IMG/VR virus record: IMGVR_UViG_3300005323_000029
Location: 1 to 38,904 of that record
From: a virus
Taxonomy: Duplodnaviria; Caudoviricetes
Length of the DNA: 38,904 bases
Direction: 5' to 3' (one strand)
In this document: piece after piece, positions 9,530 through 16,898 of the stretch
Layout: each line of letters starts with the position of its first letter
Position numbering within the stretch: position 1 is the first letter of the stretch
Program-made: the position numbers and the translations under genes
Notes under the pieces: generated by a model
What the model was told of the DNA's origin: nothing
The model's input: only the letters and a program-made list of their open reading frames with translations
The model's database searches: none

Positions 9530-9596
9530 TATATTCTATTTTATCCTATTTTTGATGTTGAAAGTTCATATTTTTCTCTTATTTAAGTTAATAATA

Positions 9597-9668
9597 TTAA
9601 AATTTAGACCAAGACCAAGACCAAGACCAAGACCCAGACCCAGACCAAAATTTAGCTGAATGGTTCAT
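9597..9668 (-). CDS. 23-aa Trp/Ser-repeat micro-peptide (not in ORF track)
   Basis: MNHSAKFWSGSGSWSWSWSWSKF; ATG lies 1 nt after the upstream TAA. Confidence 0.45.
   Translation of the reverse strand: MNHSAKFWSGSGSWSWSWSWSKF
9606..9647. repeat. hexamer tandem repeat (AGACCA/AGACCC) x7
   Basis: Seen directly; flanked by AAATTT on both sides. Confidence 0.9.
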
Positions 9669-9669
9669 G

Positions 9670-9921
9670 TTATATCTTAAGTGTTTTATTATTTTTTAAT
9701 TCTTCTACTAATAATTTCTGAGCTATGTTAATTGTAGCTTCATTTATTTTAAGTGGATGGGTTTCTTTACACTCTTGAAGTTCAGGTGTTTTTTCCGCTT
9801 TACGTAAAATATCTATAGCTTGATCTTCAGATATTTTATTCTCTGCAGCGAAGTCTCGCATTTGTTGAATGATGATCTTGATACATTCATCTTTTGTTAA
9901 TAATTGAGGGGACGTTGTCAT
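9670..9921 (-). CDS. hypothetical protein
   Basis: ORF in operon with GAG-containing RBS. Confidence 0.55.
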   Translation of the reverse strand: MTTSPQLLTKDECIKIIIQQMRDFAAENKISEDQAIDILRKAEKTPELQECKETHPLKINEATINIAQKLLVEELKNNKTLKI

Positions 9922-9962
9922 AAAATTAGTCTCTTTTGTTTAATTATTAGTATTCCTGTAAG

Positions 9963-10568
9963 TTATAAAAACTCTTTTAACATTTCTGATCGCATTGGAT
10001 GGCGTAATTTACGTAAAGCGTTGTCTTCAATTTGCCTTATTCTTTCCTTTGATACACCAATTTCTTTTCCAGTTTGTTCCAAAGTATGATCGGTATTCAT
10101 GTTAATACCAAATCGCATATGTAAAACTTTTTTTTCTATTTGAGTCAAAGTATCTAAAACTTCGTTCATTTTATTTTCTAGTTTGTTTTCTAATTTTTCC
10201 TTATCAATCTGATCTTCTAATGGTAATAAATATTGGTCGTTAGAGATATGTTCTAAATAATTTTTGATTTCAGCTTCGGAAATTAGAACTTCTCTTCTTG
10301 TTACTCCTGTACAATGTTTTTGTTGTTCGGTGAATATTTGATCGGGAGAGCATTGTAAAGCATCGCAAAATTTTAATATAACAGGTCTCCAGTCACCATT
10401 CTTCGCGCTCAAAGGGGATTGAGATAAATTTATAAATTTTGATATAGAAGTATAACAAATATCATGATCCTTACAAAATTTTGGTATGGAGTCATAACCT
10501 TTTTGTTTTAATTTAGATAGAATTAAGTTGTTTTTTACTTTGATTTCTAGTTTATATTCTTCGGTCAT
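9963..10568 (-). CDS. XRE-like HTH fused to RpoD-type sigma70 region 4
   Basis: C-terminal [51 protein letters not shown]; no region 2 seen. Confidence 0.85.
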   Translation of the reverse strand: MTEEYKLEIKVKNNLILSKLKQKGYDSIPKFCKDHDICYTSISKFINLSQSPLSAKNGDWRPVILKFCDALQCSPDQIFTEQQKHCTGVTRREVLISEAEIKNYLEHISNDQYLLPLEDQIDKEKLENKLENKMNEVLDTLTQIEKKVLHMRFGINMNTDHTLEQTGKEIGVSKERIRQIEDNALRKLRHPMRSEMLKEFL

Positions 10569-11471
10569 TTAAGTACCACTTTTGTCGTCATAGTTTTGTA
10601 TTTCAGCTCCCAGTCCTCTTTGATCAGAGGTTTCACCAAAGAACTCTAAAGCTTCTTTACGATCTATATAGGATTTCTTTAGAATTTCTTGGAAGTTAAT
10701 GTCTGTAAAAAACTCTTCCTTTGCTTTTTTACAGATATCGATGACGTCATTGATTTTCTCACATTGGGATATCTGATCTAGATATGATTGCTTAGCAGCA
10801 TTGTCTTTGGATATATCTGGTTCTTCTCCTACATAATAGGCATCAATAATTTTAATTATTTTATCCAAATCATTTTCAATAAATTTAGTTTCAAACATAC
10901 CCATAGGACTTTTGGCTATGCTCATACCATCATTTTGGGTGAGGAATACATATTTGCCATCGATAACTTTGGAGTGAAAAACAATGGTACAAATTCCTTC
11001 TAGAGATATTTTTTCATCGACTAATTTCCCAACTGTTTTGCATTTAATCTTGCCATTTATATCAGTATCAGAATGGGCCATTAAAACTACTTTCAAGTCG
11101 TTTCTTGAGTTATTAGCTGCAGTAACTATATCCCAAATTCCTTTACCTAATCTTACAAACTTATCAAAGCCTTTTTCTGCGCTATTCCTCATGTATTCAT
11201 TTGTTAAAATTGCTTGAAAATCATCAATGATAACAGTCTTAATATCTGGTTGTTCTTTATCTATTTGTTGAATAAGTGATGCTATTTTTTGTGATCTATC
11301 TGTTGCAAATATATTCTTTCCGAACATTTTAGCCCAACCTTTGAAAGGTAATGGTTTGTTTTGTGCATTAATAATATATGTGCTTTTTGGTTCTAGATTG
11401 CGTATTGATGTAGACTTACCTGAACCACTTTCACCGATTATGAGTAATGTACTAATGGTAATATCCTCCAA
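10569..11471 (-). CDS. Sak4-like AAA ATPase (phage recombination)
   Basis: Walker A GESGSGKS; Walker B VIIDDFQ; AKSPMGMF motif; start uncertain. Confidence 0.85.
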   Translation of the reverse strand: MEDITISTLLIIGESGSGKSTSIRNLEPKSTYIINAQNKPLPFKGWAKMFGKNIFATDRSQKIASLIQQIDKEQPDIKTVIIDDFQAILTNEYMRNSAEKGFDKFVRLGKGIWDIVTAANNSRNDLKVVLMAHSDTDINGKIKCKTVGKLVDEKISLEGICTIVFHSKVIDGKYVFLTQNDGMSIAKSPMGMFETKFIENDLDKIIKIIDAYYVGEEPDISKDNAAKQSYLDQISQCEKINDVIDICKKAKEEFFTDINFQEILKKSYIDRKEALEFFGETSDQRGLGAEIQNYDDKSGT

Positions 11472-11491
11472 TTAATTGTTATTCAATATAC

Positions 11492-11818
11492 CTATCTTAA
11501 TCTTCTAGTTCTTGGTCGACTTTCCATTTCATTTAATATCTGCATATCTTCTTTATGTATTTGTAGTGCCAAAAGTAAACGAAACTTAAATTTTTCCTGC
11601 GGTGTCGAATAAGAAATCATGCAGTAATCTTGGTATCTTTTATCTTCACCAGCATTTCTGATTAGTCTCATTGCATATTTTTCTTTGAAACCATTTTCTT
11701 TAATGAATGTATCAATTTGTATATCTTGAATAGAACGTTGTTCTTCCTCAGCTTCTTTTTGTTTTTGCTCTATTGCCTTTCTAAAATCAAATATTATTCT
11801 TGGGGGATGATCTGTCAT
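11492..11818 (-). CDS. hypothetical protein
   Basis: ATG 1 nt after the Ro60 stop. Confidence 0.6.
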   Translation of the reverse strand: MTDHPPRIIFDFRKAIEQKQKEAEEEQRSIQDIQIDTFIKENGFKEKYAMRLIRNAGEDKRYQDYCMISYSTPQEKFKFRLLLALQIHKEDMQILNEMESRPRTRRLR

Positions 11819-11819
11819 A

Positions 11820-13130
11820 TTAATCTCTTCCTTCTATGTTTTTAATAAATTCCAGAACATTAGATGAAAAACCATCTATATGAGTCCATTTACCATACCC
11901 AATACCATTTTTATTAACTCCTACATTTATCATATAAGATTGTTTGAATTTAGAAGGAATGACAGTATCGCTAGATTGTTCATCAGTGATTACGATAATT
12001 CTTGAATTTTGGAAATTACTTAAATTTATAATATTAATTGCTTTTCCTAATTCTGTTCCTCCATGATGTTGACTTGTACATATACAATCTTTTAATGCAA
12101 AACCTCTTCTAGGAGCGCATTGAACTATTTGATTAGAAAATGTAAAAATTTCTATATTTGTATATATTTCTCTTGCTAATATTGCTATAGAACAAGCCGT
12201 ATCAAGACGGGTCATTTTACTTTTTGAGCTTAACTTATTTTGCATGCTTCCAGAAACATCAATTAATAAAACAGTAGACATAGAATCTTTTTGTGTATCA
12301 TTTAATAATTTTAACATTGGAGTTTCTAAAATATCTTCCCATTGAGGGACTTCATTTGCAGCAGCTATAAATCTAAATGGAAGTACTTTATCTAAGTTAA
12401 TACTGTTTAAATAATTAACTACAACGTTTTTATCAATTCCTGATTCTTGCATGTTTCGTAAATTTCTTAATGTAGCTAATGCTCCTAGTTTTTTTTCTAA
12501 CATTAAACGTTCAAAAGTTTCTTTTTTATTTTTTCCTGCTGACAATGCAACTTCCCAAGTATCTGGAGTTTTTAATTCATTATTTATTAGTTTTTTCCAT
12601 AAAGATTCTTGTTCTTGATCTTTTGGTTTTGCATGACATAAAAATAATACATCTCGTAATTTTATTTTTTCATCTCTATTATATTTTGCTAATTGATATT
12701 CATTGAATTTATTAAAAGCATGGGCAAGGCCTTGCTTTACTTTTTTAGATAATGGGCATTTCTTATCTTGCCAATAGATAGCCAAAAACTCTGTTAATTC
12801 ATCTGGACGCTTAATTATATGTGATAAAGTTCTTGCAACATATTTTTTATGTGAATTGTATCTGGCCATTTCCCTAACAATTAATAATGGAATATGACGT
12901 AAATTCATTTTGTCTCGAGCATCTCGAGCTATTTGTACAACTTTTAATGGTTCTACTTTTGGTATTAGTTTTTTTATACGATCAGAAATGCTAATTCCAT
13001 CTTCATAAAAACTATCTTCCCATAATAAACAACTCATAACACTGCGTTTTAATTGTTGTTCTGGATTAATGTGACAAGCAACTGCGCCTTCATGTGTATA
13101 AAACTTTTCAACTTTTGTATTTAATTTCAT
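11820..13130 (-). CDS. rsr: Ro60/Rsr RNA-binding protein (TROVE + vWA)
   Basis: THEGA, LLWEDSFYE, RPDELTEFLA, FNEYQLAKY, TPDTWEVALS, ATLRNLRN, LPFRF; MIDAS DVSGS and ITDEQ. Confidence 0.93.
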   Translation of the reverse strand: MKLNTKVEKFYTHEGAVACHINPEQQLKRSVMSCLLWEDSFYEDGISISDRIKKLIPKVEPLKVVQIARDARDKMNLRHIPLLIVREMARYNSHKKYVARTLSHIIKRPDELTEFLAIYWQDKKCPLSKKVKQGLAHAFNKFNEYQLAKYNRDEKIKLRDVLFLCHAKPKDQEQESLWKKLINNELKTPDTWEVALSAGKNKKETFERLMLEKKLGALATLRNLRNMQESGIDKNVVVNYLNSINLDKVLPFRFIAAANEVPQWEDILETPMLKLLNDTQKDSMSTVLLIDVSGSMQNKLSSKSKMTRLDTACSIAILAREIYTNIEIFTFSNQIVQCAPRRGFALKDCICTSQHHGGTELGKAINIINLSNFQNSRIIVITDEQSSDTVIPSKFKQSYMINVGVNKNGIGYGKWTHIDGFSSNVLEFIKNIEGRD

Positions 13131-13150
13131 AATTAACCTTTAAATTAAAT

Positions 13151-13209
13151 CTAGGAATAAATGTTATTGGTATTTTTCTAACAGGAAGTAACCAATAACT
13201 TCGCCATAG
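13151..13209 (-). ncRNA. minimal Y RNA (Ro-binding stem only)
   Basis: CTATGGCGAAGTTATTGGT-TACTTC-CTGTTAG...ACCAATAAC-ATTTATTCCTAG; GNCGAAG motif; stems covary with the adjacent long copy. Confidence 0.8.
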
Positions 13210-13218
13210 TAAAAAAAG

Positions 13219-13346
13219 TTCGGGAACAAACGATAAAAGTTTTGCGCTCTACCAACTGAGCTACCGGATGACTTTTGTCAACCAGGCTGGAATCGAACCA
13301 GCGACCTCATCATTAACAGTGAAGTAACTTTTATCTACGCCACGAA
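13219..13346 (-). ncRNA. yrlA: YrlA-type Y RNA with permuted tRNA-like domain
   Basis: GGCGTAG-ATAAAAGT/ACTTTTATC stem encloses a T arm (GCTGG-TTCGATT-CCAGC), a loop-closed acceptor-like stem, then a D arm (GCTC-AGTTGGTA-GAGC); upstream of Ro60. Confidence 0.9.
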
Positions 13347-13353
13347 AAAGGTT

Positions 13354-13382
13354 ATATTATATAACTTATATTTCATTGTCAA
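13354..13382 (-). promoter_or_regulatory. sigma70 promoter for the Y RNA-rsr-recombination operon
   Basis: TTGACA (13382-13377), 17 nt, TAATAT (13359-13354); predicted start next to the Y RNA 5' end. Confidence 0.75.
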
Positions 13383-13388
13383 CATATA

Positions 13389-13417
13389 TTGTAAATAAAT
13401 TATATTCTTGTTATATT
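13389..13417 (+). promoter_or_regulatory. divergent rightward sigma70 promoter
   Basis: TTGTAA, 17 nt, TATATT with extended -10 TG. Confidence 0.6.
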
Positions 13418-13448
13418 ATATAAATAACAACTATATAACAGAGGTTTT

Positions 13449-13691
13449 ATGAGTACAATAAAACAAGAGAAAAAGTCTTTAATTAAAGTATTAAGATTCA
13501 AATCTGGACTAAGTCAAAAAGAGCTGGCAGAGGAACTTGAAGTTTCACAAGCCACAATAAGTTATTGGGAAAATTTCGAATTGATGCCAAGCAGATTTCA
13601 TATGGAAAAGTTAGAAAAGATAGCAAGACATTATCGAGTTAATTTAACGGTTAGAAAGTTAATTAATCAATATAAAGGAGTAGAGAAATGA
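13449..13691 (+). CDS. XRE/Cro-family HTH regulator
   Basis: LRFKSGLSQKELAEELEVSQATISYWEN. Confidence 0.92.
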   Translation: MSTIKQEKKSLIKVLRFKSGLSQKELAEELEVSQATISYWENFELMPSRFHMEKLEKIARHYRVNLTVRKLINQYKGVEK

Positions 13692-14050
13692 AACCATTAG
13701 AAAAAGATTTAGATAAAACAATTGAAGAATTAAAAGATAGAATTGACAATCTTGAGAGATGGGTCATTACTATAGATAATTATCACAATCTAAAAGATGA
13801 TTCGTTAAGTTGTCAAATGGATAGGGTTTTTGACAAACTAGAAAAGTTAGAAAATAGAGTTGAGAAAATAACTGGTCCTAAAGAATGCAATCATAAATAT
13901 AGTGGTGTTGTTTATATAAATAAAGAATGCAATCACGATTGGTATTACTGTGATTGTACTTTTTGTAGTGACGAGCTAATAAGAAAGTGTTCGATATGTG
14001 AGAAAACTCAATATCAAAATGACCAAAAGGAATGGGTGGATGTGAAATGA
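13688..14050 (+). CDS. coiled-coil protein with Cys/His Zn-binding C-terminus
   Basis: Heptad-like N-terminus; KECNH repeated twice; CxxC motifs. Confidence 0.6.
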   Translation: MKPLEKDLDKTIEELKDRIDNLERWVITIDNYHNLKDDSLSCQMDRVFDKLEKLENRVEKITGPKECNHKYSGVVYINKECNHDWYYCDCTFCSDELIRKCSICEKTQYQNDQKEWVDVK

Positions 14051-14271
14051 CTAAAAAACTTTCTTGGGATAATGAAAAAGATAAGTTGTATATTATAAAA
14101 AAATATCTTCCGAATGCTATCCAATCCTTGAAGGATGAAGGAGTAATATTAGCAGATATTTGTGATGCTTTTGATGATTGGATTCCTTGGCTCATATCAA
14201 GAGTAGAACAGTTGGAAGCAGAATTAAAGTTAACAGATGATCTTGTTATGATGAAAATAGATAAAGAATAG
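14047..14271 (+). CDS. hypothetical protein
   Basis: ATGA overlap at 14047 (ORF track start 14032). Confidence 0.55.
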   Translation: MTKKLSWDNEKDKLYIIKKYLPNAIQSLKDEGVILADICDAFDDWIPWLISRVEQLEAELKLTDDLVMMKIDKE

Positions 14272-14272
14272 C

Positions 14273-14521
14273 ATGGCATCTATAGATAGAATTTATGCAA
14301 CAAAAAAGCAATACGATGAATTTCACCTATGGTGCAAGTTGAATCGTCCAAGTCTCTTGAGATACATGCTTTCTAGTAGAGATAAGTATTGGGATAACTA
14401 CGAAAAGAATGAAGAACGAGCTATTTCTAGTTTCCCTATGCGCACTGATATGTGGTTACTCAAGAATTGTCCTTTCAAATGGGTTATTAAACGAATTAAA
14501 GAACAATATAAACTAAAATGA
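14273..14521 (+). CDS. hypothetical protein
   Basis: Tightly packed operon ORF. Confidence 0.6.
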   Translation: MASIDRIYATKKQYDEFHLWCKLNRPSLLRYMLSSRDKYWDNYEKNEERAISSFPMRTDMWLLKNCPFKWVIKRIKEQYKLK

Positions 14522-14522
14522 G

Positions 14523-14774
14523 GTGATTATGAAACAATTAGCAATAATAAAAAATGTTGGATTTGGTTGTAGAGATACTAATAGGCCAATTCTATTTTTT
14601 AATACCTATATTGAGGAGGGAATGGGTGCGTTGCAAATTTTGGAAGTACCTCAAGCAATGGAAATTATAAAACAATACCAAGTTTTTGATGTTAAAGATT
14701 TGGAAGGTAAAGCGTGCTGGGTAGATGTTGAAGACGACAAAATTATTTTTAATAGTGTTTGTTTGATTAAATGA
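14523..14774 (+). CDS. hypothetical protein
   Basis: GAGGTG RBS; likely ATG at 14529. Confidence 0.6.
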   Translation: MIMKQLAIIKNVGFGCRDTNRPILFFNTYIEEGMGALQILEVPQAMEIIKQYQVFDVKDLEGKACWVDVEDDKIIFNSVCLIK

Positions 14775-14775
14775 G

Positions 14776-14964
14776 GTGTATATGAAAAAGGTAAGTATAG
14801 TTTTGATGTTGATTCTGTCTACGATGTTTCTTCATGGTTGTGCTGCTGGTTCAGCTACTGCAGGCTATGCGATGCGAGCTGGCACTGCTGATGAGCTCAA
14901 GGCTGATGCTAGAGAGTCGATAATTAAAGAGGCTGTAGCTAGATGTCAGGCTAAGTATAATTAG
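14776..14964 (+). CDS. small lipoprotein
   Basis: MKK, hydrophobic core, LHGC lipobox-like site; GAGGTG RBS, likely ATG at 14782. Confidence 0.65.
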   Translation: MYMKKVSIVLMLILSTMFLHGCAAGSATAGYAMRAGTADELKADARESIIKEAVARCQAKYN

Positions 14965-14981
14965 TTGCAAAACAGATAATT

Positions 14982-15764
14982 ATGAAAGAAGTAAAAAACA
15001 AATCTTTTGCAAATGGTTCAGTTTATTGTCTTAAGTTATCCGATGGGTTCTTAATTGAAACAACTGATACTTTTCTGCCATATTATACAAAACATTGTTA
15101 TAACAATAATAATGAATTACGCAATAATATTCTTGCTTCAAGAAAAGAAAGATGGATGATTGGAGCTAGTGTCATGTCGGGTTGTCCTGTAAGGTGCAAA
15201 TTTTGTGCAACAGGCAAAATGAAAAGATGGCGTAATTTAGATAGTGAAGAAATAATAAAACAAGTTAAATTTATTCTTGATAAAAACAATAAAATTAATC
15301 CTAGTGTAAGTAAAGAGTTTAAGATAAATTATACTCGAATGGGGGAACCATTTTTAAATATTGATAATGTAAAAGAAGCTATAAACTATATATCAGGAAT
15401 ATATCCTAATACTCATCATTATATTTCTACGATAGGATTAAAAGACTCTGATTTTTCATGGATAAAAGACAATATTACATTACAAATTAGTTTACATAGT
15501 TTGAATGAAGAACGAAGAAATAATCTAATTCCAATTAAGAATTTATTATCTATAGAAGAGTTAGGAAAGATAAGAACCAAGAGCAAATTAAAAACAACAA
15601 TAAATTTAACATTAGTTAACGAATTAGATTTTGATTTAGAGAAAATAAAGAAATATTTTGATCCTAAATATTTTTTTATTAAACTTTCACCGATAAATAA
15701 AAACGTTATTAGTGAAAGTAATTTGTTAGGATCTGGTATAATAGAATCAATTAATTTAATTTAG
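14982..15764 (+). CDS. RlmN/Cfr-family radical SAM protein, large part (lacks the C-terminal catalytic Cys segment)
   Basis: DG.LIET, GCPVRCKFCATG, RNL..EEI..QV, MGEP, ISTIG, ISLHS...RR..LIP, LSPIN. Confidence 0.9.
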   Translation: MKEVKNKSFANGSVYCLKLSDGFLIETTDTFLPYYTKHCYNNNNELRNNILASRKERWMIGASVMSGCPVRCKFCATGKMKRWRNLDSEEIIKQVKFILDKNNKINPSVSKEFKINYTRMGEPFLNIDNVKEAINYISGIYPNTHHYISTIGLKDSDFSWIKDNITLQISLHSLNEERRNNLIPIKNLLSIEELGKIRTKSKLKTTINLTLVNELDFDLEKIKKYFDPKYFFIKLSPINKNVISESNLLGSGIIESINLI

Positions 15765-15775
15765 AGGATAATAAA

Positions 15776-15892
15776 ATGTCAATTTTAGAACAATTAAAAG
15801 AAGCTGGTTATGATTGTGCGATCGCAATTGCTACGCAAGCAGAAATAAAAGCTGAAGCTGCATGTGGACAATTAGCAATTATTTTTGAATAA
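15776..15892 (+). CDS. 38-aa peptide matching the RlmN C-terminal AACGQL segment (not in ORF track)
   Basis: MSILEQLKEAGYDCAIAIATQAEIKAEAACGQLAIIFE; own GAGGA RBS 7 nt upstream. Confidence 0.85.
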   Translation: MSILEQLKEAGYDCAIAIATQAEIKAEAACGQLAIIFE

Positions 15893-15924
15893 TAGTTAAA
15901 GTTTAGTTTTTAAACATATTGTAA

Positions 15925-16092
15925 ATTGTTTTATTTAGAGTAAAATTGTAATTGGGTTGGCAATCATATACAATTTTACTCTAAAACAATAAGAATCCTT
16001 TTCCGGGGTTTAGGTACAATTACATTTATTTAGAGTAAATGTTGATTGCTCAAACCCAATGCCTGACCCCGGAAAAGGATTTTTTATTGGAG
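15925..16092 (+). promoter_or_regulatory. structured leader with nested inverted and direct repeats upstream of the replication initiator
   Basis: 17-bp IR 15934-15950/15969-15985; 16-bp IR 15994-16009/16066-16081; 15-bp direct repeat at 15930 and 16025. Confidence 0.7.
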
Positions 16093-16100
16093 TAATGGAA

Positions 16101-16898
16101 ATGTTAAAATTAGAAAAAGGAACATTCTCAGTTGTTCCTATAAAATCTATTTTTGGGATTAATCCTTATCAACAAATTATCTATGTATGGTTATGTCATT
16201 ATGCTAACGGCGAAGGTCAATGTTGGCCAAGTATAAATACTTTAGCTAAAGCATGCGGTATATCTAAAGATTCTGTCATAAAATATCTCAAAGAATTAGA
16301 AAAAAATGGTTTTATAATCAAAAACGCTAGGAACGGTGACTCTAAAGAAAATTTCTCTAATTTATATACAGTTATAATTAAAGAAGCCGCTGAAACCGGT
16401 GGGGTAGCCGCTGTGGAAGACTACCCTAGTCGCTGTGAGCGGCCACCCCTAGCCGCTGAAACCGTCAGTAACTATAACCATAATAACAAAAACCATTTAA
16501 CTACTTCTTCTTTGGATTTTCCAAAAGCAGAAAATCCAGAGGAAGAAGAAAAGTATTTAAAAATTAAAAAGCCAAAAAAAGAATCTTTGGAGATTCCTTA
16601 CCAACAGATAGCCGATCTATACAATCAAATCTTTATGGATGAGAATTTAGCTTCTATACAAAAACTAACCGAGACGAGGAAGTCACATATCCGGAAGAGA
16701 TGGCAAAATGAGTTGAAGACTATAGAGGAATGGGAAAGATATTTTTTGCGGATTAAAAAAAGTGATTTTCTTTGTGGCAGAAGAATGTGTGGTGATGGTA
16801 GGCCGTTCTTTGCTGATTTTGATTGGGTGATTAATGAATCTAATTGTATCAAGATTCTTGAAGATAAATACTCAAATGTGAGATATGAAAATGGCTAA
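16101..16898 (+). CDS. replication initiator (N-terminal HTH_36-like domain; lambda O-like role)
   Basis: CWPSINTLAKACGISKDSVIKYLKELEKNGFI...SNLY; C-terminal FLCG...ADFDWVI...N..KILE.KY; GGAG RBS favours ATG 16101 over 16059. Confidence 0.85.
   Translation: MLKLEKGTFSVVPIKSIFGINPYQQIIYVWLCHYANGEGQCWPSINTLAKACGISKDSVIKYLKELEKNGFIIKNARNGDSKENFSNLYTVIIKEAAETGGVAAVEDYPSRCERPPLAAETVSNYNHNNKNHLTTSSLDFPKAENPEEEEKYLKIKKPKKESLEIPYQQIADLYNQIFMDENLASIQKLTETRKSHIRKRWQNELKTIEEWERYFLRIKKSDFLCGRRMCGDGRPFFADFDWVINESNCIKILEDKYSNVRYENG
16385..16505. other. putative replication origin (iterons inside initiator gene)
   Basis: AGYCGCTG at 16385, 16406, 16428 and 16451, followed by an A-rich tract. Confidence 0.7.

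Larger units (their letters stand above)
13351..13424. promoter_or_regulatory. two palindromic operator-like sites TTATA-N3-TATAA
   Basis: GTTATATTATATAA at 13351 and 13410, each covering a -10 box. Confidence 0.55.

Noticed and set aside
9606-9647. CRISPR array
   Set aside because: Six-bp units with no spacers, and no cas genes.
13219-13346. Ordinary tRNA-Asn gene
   Set aside because: The T arm precedes the D arm, the acceptor is loop-closed and there is no CCA end; this fits a Y RNA.
15750-15778. Stop read-through or programmed frameshift fusing the RlmN-like halves
   Set aside because: The peptide is in a different frame, read-through of TAG hits another stop, there is no canonical X XXY YYZ slippery site, and the peptide has its own RBS. 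A sequencing indel still needs a read check.
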